Shown here one piece after another: positions 6,542 to 11,035 of a DNA stretch of 11,035 nt. The notes beneath the pieces were generated by a model that saw only the letters and a program-made list of their open reading frames with translations, did not search any database and was not told where the DNA came from. Positions within the stretch are counted from its first letter, which is position 1; each line of letters opens with the position of its first letter. The translations under genes and the position numbers were made by a program. This stretch comes from a bacterium (GTDB taxonomy: Bacteria > Zhuqueibacterota > Zhuqueibacteria > Oceanimicrobiales > Oceanimicrobiaceae): the NCBI GenBank assembly GCA_046757165.1, contig JBHHXT010000162.1, positions 1-11,035 on the forward strand, given 5' to 3'.

Positions 6542-8392
6542 ATGCAGACAAAGCGAACAAAATTCAGTCTTTTCAAGTTTCTTATTCGCAATTATGTCCT
6601 GGGAATTGCTATCCTAAATTTTCTCATTGCCTTTACGGTATTTAGAATCGAAAAAAGCAACCTGATTTCAGCCAGAGAAGCTTTCGCGGTTTCGGTTGCA
6701 AAAGCGCTCAGTTCCGAAATCCGTGACCTGCCTTTTCAAATCTCCCCGGCAACGTTGGACTCCAAGGACTCTTCGCAATTAGATAGAATCACCAACAAAT
6801 ACTTGAAACATTATGGGGTGGCAAGAATCAATATTGTGGATAAGGAAAAGCGCATTGTCTATAGCACAAAGTCCAACCTAATCGGAAATCATCTTCAGAG
6901 CCATCCGCTGCTGATGAAATCATTGGCAGGTGTTCCGGCATCCTGTTTGCATCTAACCGGTGATGACGCCGCTGGCGGGCCGGGTGACAACAGAGGCGCC
7001 GTGCTTGAATCGGTCATTCCATTCTCTGCTCGAGGTGACGAGTCTAACGATGTCAATGAGATCTTTGGAGCCTTTCAAATCTTTCAAGATGCCGTAGCGC
7101 TCAATGAACAAATTCTAAAGTTGCGCAATACGGTGTTGGGAGCCGCTTTTGCGTTCTTACTTCTCATCGTTCTTTACTTTTGGTTTGCTTTAGCCAAAGC
7201 TAACCGCATCCAACTGAAACTGCGAAGCGAGGTAGAAAATTACGCAGAGAATTTAGAAAGCATGGTGGCAGACCGGACTGAACAGCTCATGGAAGAGAAA
7301 AATAAACTACAGGTGATCTTGAACCACGTGCCCAGCGCTTTTATCCTGGTGGATCTGGATCGTCGCATCAAAAGCTCAAGCACAGCCCTGCATGAGTTTA
7401 CCGGACAAAGCTTTTCAGAAGTCAAGGGCAGATTCTGTTATGATGTCCTCTGCAACAGAAAGCATGCGGTAGGTGCTTGCCCAACCAAAAAAGCCCTCAA
7501 AAGTAATCGTCCCGAAACGAGTATTTTGATCTTCAAAGAAGAAGAGGGGGAGGACCGGTATGTCGAACACTCGGCCGTTCCGATAATCAACAATGGAAGA
7601 ACCGAATCTATCCTTGAAATCATTACTGATATCACAGAAAAGAAAAAGATGCAGGACGCGATGATACAGGCCGCAAAACTTTCGGCTGTCGGTCAAATGG
7701 CTGCAACGATTGCTCATGAGATTCGCAACGGTTTGACCTCTGTGAAACTCATCTTACAGCATCTGGCAGCTTACGTAGCTCATAATAAGAGAAAGAACAA
7801 AGCGGCCGCTGTCGCTTTAGAATCGATCAGCGATATGGAAAAAGTGGTAAAAGAGCTGCTTGAGTTTGCCCGGCCAAGGCCAACCTGTTTCAAAACAACC
7901 AACATAAATAAATTGCTAAGACACAGCGTGGATATTTGTAGACAACAGATAGAATTGAAGCCGCTTATCTTACAGGAAAACTATAGTGCCGATATCCCCA
8001 TGCTCCGCCTGGACGCGGAACACATGAAAGAAGCTGTGGTCAATCTTATCTTGAACGCTATTCGGGCTTCAAGAAGTCATGAAATCCTCTGTGTTCGAGC
8101 GAAGCTGTCCGTGCTGGAACGGCACATGAGCGACTATTTCACGGAAGGGAAAACCAGGATTCAGTTGAAAAAGAACCAACCCGTGGCAAAGATTGAAATA
8201 TTAGACAACGGATGTGGTATCCCTGCTGAAAATCTAACTCACATTTTTGACCCCTTTTTTACGACTAAGATTGATGGTTCTGGCTTAGGGCTCCCCATGA
8301 CCCGCCGAACCGTTCACGAACATGGCGGGATTCTGACAGTCGACAGTCAGCCAGGCCAGGGCAGTAGATTTACCATAATCTTACCGGTTTAA
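6542..8392 (+). CDS. Membrane-bound PAS-domain sensor histidine kinase (NtrB-like; positional AioS analogue)
   Basis: Two hydrophobic segments (VLGIAILNFLIAFTVF; VLGAAFAFLLLIVLYFWFAL) flank an extracytoplasmic domain. They are followed by a coiled coil, a PAS domain ending DITEKK, H-box AHEIRNGL (H392), N-box NLILNA, G1 DNGCGI, F-box FDPFFTTK and G2 GSGLGL. Confidence 0.95.
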   Translation: MQTKRTKFSLFKFLIRNYVLGIAILNFLIAFTVFRIEKSNLISAREAFAVSVAKALSSEIRDLPFQISPATLDSKDSSQLDRITNKYLKHYGVARINIVDKEKRIVYSTKSNLIGNHLQSHPLLMKSLAGVPASCLHLTGDDAAGGPGDNRGAVLESVIPFSARGDESNDVNEIFGAFQIFQDAVALNEQILKLRNTVLGAAFAFLLLIVLYFWFALAKANRIQLKLRSEVENYAENLESMVADRTEQLMEEKNKLQVILNHVPSAFILVDLDRRIKSSSTALHEFTGQSFSEVKGRFCYDVLCNRKHAVGACPTKKALKSNRPETSILIFKEEEGEDRYVEHSAVPIINNGRTESILEIITDITEKKKMQDAMIQAAKLSAVGQMAATIAHEIRNGLTSVKLILQHLAAYVAHNKRKNKAAAVALESISDMEKVVKELLEFARPRPTCFKTTNINKLLRHSVDICRQQIELKPLILQENYSADIPMLRLDAEHMKEAVVNLILNAIRASRSHEILCVRAKLSVLERHMSDYFTEGKTRIQLKKNQPVAKIEILDNGCGIPAENLTHIFDPFFTTKIDGSGLGLPMTRRTVHEHGGILTVDSQPGQGSRFTIILPV

Positions 8393-8436
8393 GGTCTAAG
8401 GGGTAACAAAATGAATTCCAATCTCCTCAGTTGATC

Positions 8437-9852
8437 ATGAAAGACAATCCACCCAAAATATTAATCGTTGATGATGATGAAAAGATCGTATTTGCGATTC
8501 AATTGATCCTGGAGAGCGAGGGGTTTGTAATCTTAACGGCAAGTAATGGTCAAGAGGGTTTGGAGATACTTAGAAAAGAAGTGCCAGATGTAACTATCTT
8601 GGATATTCAAATGTCTGAGATGTGTGGTTTGGATGTGCTGGAAAAACTCAATGAAGAAGAGATCGATACCTCAGTGATCGTTGTTACAGGATTTGGGACA
8701 ATGGCGACGGCAATTCGCTCGATGCAACTGGACGCCTTTGATTACATTACCAAGCCGTTAGATATGGACAAAGTCAAGATATTGTGCAAACGGGCTTTGG
8801 AAATACGTAAGTTGAAGAAAGAGATTCATGGATTACGCGCTCAGTTGGATGTCAAATATGAAGAGGATACTCTCATCGGCAATTCCCCGGTCATGCAGGA
8901 GATATACAAAACGATTGGGATTATCACAGCTACTCCGAACGATAGTTCAATTCTCATCCAGGGCGAAAGCGGGACTGGCAAGGCCCTGGTTGCCACGGCT
9001 ATTCACAAAAACAGCCGCCGTGCGCCATTTCCTTTTGTCGTCATAAATTGTACAGTATTGCCGGAAAACCTCTTAGAAAGCGAACTTTTTGGCCACGAAA
9101 AAGGCGCCTACACCGGCGCTCATCGCCGAAAAACGGGCAGATTGGAATTAGGAAATAAGGGGACGATTTTCATCGATGAGATTGGCGACTTGAGTTTGAA
9201 CCTTCAACAAAAATTATTGCGAGTCCTGCAGGAGCGTGAATTCGAGAGATTGGGCGGCAATGAAACTTTAAGGGTGGAAGCACAGTTCATTTTTGCGACA
9301 AATCGTGATTTGGAAAAGGAAGTGCAGTTAGGTAATTTTAGAGAGGACCTTTTTTTCCGAATAAATGTGATTCCGATCAAGCTCCCGCCTCTTCGAGAAA
9401 GAAAGGAAGATATTGCCATCTTGGTCGACTATTTTGTTGCAAAATACAATCAGAAGCTGGGGAAATCGGTGACGACGATATCAAAAGAAATGATGAAGGT
9501 TTTATTAGCTTATGACTATCCCGGTAATGTCCGGGAACTGAGTAACAGCATCGAACGGGCAATTGCACTGAATCAGAACCCAATTCTGACATCCTCATGT
9601 CTTCCAGAATCGTTTCATAAAGATCAAAAAAGTGATTTTGATATACCCATAAGAGAATTCGATTATAAGAAGGCGAAAAAAGGGATTCTCGCTGCTTTTG
9701 AAAAAAAATTCATCTCAGAGCTTCTCAAGGTTCACCGCGGCAATGTGGCATCAGCCGCAAAGCAAGCTGGAATCGAGAGACAAAGCTTCTATCGTCTGCT
9801 AAAAAAACACGACATTAATCCGCAGCGCTATAACCATCTTTTGTCACCCTAA
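8437..9852 (+). CDS. Sigma54-dependent response regulator (REC-AAA+-HTH, NtrC family; positional AioR analogue)
   Basis: REC motifs (ILIVDDD, LDIQM, VTGF, TKP), Walker A GESGTGK, ESELFGHEKGAYTGA, Walker B FIDEIG, FREDLFFRINV, PGNVREL and a C-terminal Fis-type HTH (GNVASAAKQAGIERQSFYRLLKK). The first ATG is at 8437; the ORF track uses TTG at 8431. Confidence 0.95.
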   Translation: MKDNPPKILIVDDDEKIVFAIQLILESEGFVILTASNGQEGLEILRKEVPDVTILDIQMSEMCGLDVLEKLNEEEIDTSVIVVTGFGTMATAIRSMQLDAFDYITKPLDMDKVKILCKRALEIRKLKKEIHGLRAQLDVKYEEDTLIGNSPVMQEIYKTIGIITATPNDSSILIQGESGTGKALVATAIHKNSRRAPFPFVVINCTVLPENLLESELFGHEKGAYTGAHRRKTGRLELGNKGTIFIDEIGDLSLNLQQKLLRVLQEREFERLGGNETLRVEAQFIFATNRDLEKEVQLGNFREDLFFRINVIPIKLPPLRERKEDIAILVDYFVAKYNQKLGKSVTTISKEMMKVLLAYDYPGNVRELSNSIERAIALNQNPILTSSCLPESFHKDQKSDFDIPIREFDYKKAKKGILAAFEKKFISELLKVHRGNVASAAKQAGIERQSFYRLLKKHDINPQRYNHLLSP

Positions 9853-9882
9853 CGGAGACAGAATGTAACAGCACAAGAGAAT
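9842..9882. promoter_or_regulatory. Candidate upstream activator sequences for the second sigma54 promoter
   Basis: TGTCAC-N7-GAGACA (9842-9860, near-palindromic) and TGTAAC-N7-GAGAAT (9864-9882) start 22 bp apart, about -134 to -174 from the predicted +1 near 10016. Confidence 0.35.
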
Positions 9883-9988
9883 TTCGCCAAACCAACTCCC
9901 CGCCTGAGTCTTCACAGCATACCTCATAAGAACCTTATTTACAAAAGCGTACCCCAGAGTAAGCCGCTGGTGGTTTGTGAAAATAAAG

Positions 9989-10005
9989 CTGGTACGATGC
10001 TTGCG
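9989..10005 (+). promoter_or_regulatory. Sigma54 (-24/-12) promoter upstream of the stand-alone receiver gene
   Basis: CTGGTACGATGCTTGCG has GG (9991-9992)-N10-GC (10003-10004), one mismatch from TGGCACG-N4-TTGC, and lies in an intergenic gap. Confidence 0.8.
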
Positions 10006-10052
10006 TTTGAATCTTTTGTTACGACCCCCAAATAACTCCTTCCAAGCCGGAA

Positions 10053-10496
10053 ATGATTGCTATGTCCAACGATTTGAATGACCAACAGTCAATGAACGAC
10101 AACCCTGCGCAGACAAAAAAAACGGTCTTGCTTGTAGACGAGGATTCGAAAATTGCCGCGGTTTTTCACGATTTTCTTCAATCTGAAGGGTATCGCATGA
10201 TACAAGCTACAACTGTTTCAGAAGCGCTGACTTATTTGGAAAAGGAGAAGGTGGCTTTGATTATCACCGACCTGCGGCTATCGGAGTATTCCGGACTTAG
10301 TCTGCTGGTTCGAGTACGAGCATTGCTTTATCCGGTACCTGTCATTGTGATGAGCGCCTACACCGATTTCATGTCAGAGGAGGATTGGAGACTTTTAGGC
10401 GCTACAGAGTTTATTGCCAAACCGCCGGATTTGAGTCAGCTTCGGGAAGTTATTTCTCGAGTTTTGGAAAGAGACAACGAGAGGAGGAGGACATGA
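10053..10496 (+). CDS. Single-domain response regulator (receiver only)
   Basis: VLLVDED, IITDLRL (phospho-Asp), VIVMSAY, FIAKP; no output domain. The true start could be a downstream Met. Confidence 0.88.
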   Translation: MIAMSNDLNDQQSMNDNPAQTKKTVLLVDEDSKIAAVFHDFLQSEGYRMIQATTVSEALTYLEKEKVALIITDLRLSEYSGLSLLVRVRALLYPVPVIVMSAYTDFMSEEDWRLLGATEFIAKPPDLSQLREVISRVLERDNERRRT

Positions 10497-11035
10497 AAAT
10501 AGCGGTTATCGAGAATCAGGATGAGACGGCAACAGCGATGAAGAAGATCCTAAAGAGGGGGGGATATGAAGTTACGCTTTTTACTGGAAACGAAGACACA
10601 GGTTCTATTGTCACTGAAATACAAAAAAATAATCTTGCCATACTCGATATCGAATTGGAGAAGGAATCAGGCATCCATATTCTCAAGAAACTCAGAAAGG
10701 TAGACAGAAGTTTTCCTGTTATCCTCATCATGGCCTGTTTGTCCCCGGAAAGCATTATCGAAGCAAGCCAGTTTGGCGTCAGGGAAATGCTTCAAAAACC
10801 CTTGGATTATGAAGAACTGCTAAATACAGTTCGGAAATGTGATATGCTCTCGAGAGATGTCGTGGACACAACTGAGGGACTGGATGGTGACAACTTTATC
10901 GGATCTTACAAAACAATGGGAGATATTTACCGGAAAATAGGCATTGCCGCTGCCAATGGTCTCAACGTCATGCTCATTGGGGAAACCGGGGTTGGCAAAG
11001 AACTGGTAGCCAGGCAGATCCACGCCTTCTCAGAC
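10493..11035 (+). CDS. Second sigma54-dependent activator (atypical REC + start of AAA+ domain); continues beyond the right edge
   Basis: ATGA overlap with the previous stop and a strong GGAGGAGG SD. Manual translation is open to the edge: MKIAVIENQDETATAMKKILKRGGYEV...LAILDIELEKESG...FPVILIMAC...MLQKPLDYEEL...FIGSYKTMGDIYRKIGIAAANGLNVMLIGETGVGKELVARQIHAFSD. It is not in the ORF track. Confidence 0.9.
   Translation, partial: MKIAVIENQDETATAMKKILKRGGYEVTLFTGNEDTGSIVTEIQKNNLAILDIELEKESGIHILKKLRKVDRSFPVILIMACLSPESIIEASQFGVREMLQKPLDYEELLNTVRKCDMLSRDVVDTTEGLDGDNFIGSYKTMGDIYRKIGIAAANGLNVMLIGETGVGKELVARQIHAFSD

Noticed and set aside
6081..6645. ORFs 6081..6341 (-) and 6454..6645 (+) crossing the divergent spacer
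   Set aside because: They overlap aioB and the kinase gene out of frame, cover promoter elements, and have no SD or recognisable protein features.
6542..9852. Assigning gene symbols aioS and aioR
   Set aside because: Position suggests an analogous role, but orthology to characterised AioS/AioR cannot be shown by eye, aioX is missing, and a second sigma54 promoter is an alternative target.
10557..10563. G7 run in the second activator (and C7 at 1674-1680) as phase-variation tracts
   Set aside because: The runs are short, the reading frame is intact through the G7, and the C7 is intergenic.
1..11035. Mobile elements, CRISPR arrays, tRNA/rRNA
   Set aside because: I saw no transposase or integrase motifs, no regularly spaced repeat-spacer units and no structural RNA gene signatures; nearly all the sequence is explained by CDSs.

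Overview
A bacterial arsenite-oxidation locus with two divergent arms. On the minus strand is an apparent operon: aioB (Tat-exported Rieske subunit), aioA (arsenite oxidase molybdopterin subunit, with the [3Fe-4S] motif and substrate-funnel residues recognisable), a 432-aa predicted outer-membrane beta-barrel, a type-1 blue-copper protein (azurin/auracyanin-like) and moaA. The moaA gene runs off the left edge and is missing from the ORF track. On the plus strand are a membrane-bound PAS histidine kinase and an NtrC-type sigma54 activator. Behind a second sigma54 promoter follow a stand-alone receiver protein and a second sigma54 activator with a degenerate receiver, which runs off the right edge and is also missing from the ORF track. 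The 312-bp divergent spacer has a readable sigma54 layout: a -24/-12 element, a consensus IHF site and tandem 21-bp-phased candidate enhancer sites. Compared with the textbook proteobacterial aioXSR-aioBA-cytC locus, this one carries a porin and a cupredoxin in the operon, has no aioX or cytochrome c in the window, has a three-Cys PAS domain in the kinase, and has two activators with two sigma54 promoters. All family assignments come from motif recognition by eye; no database search was run.
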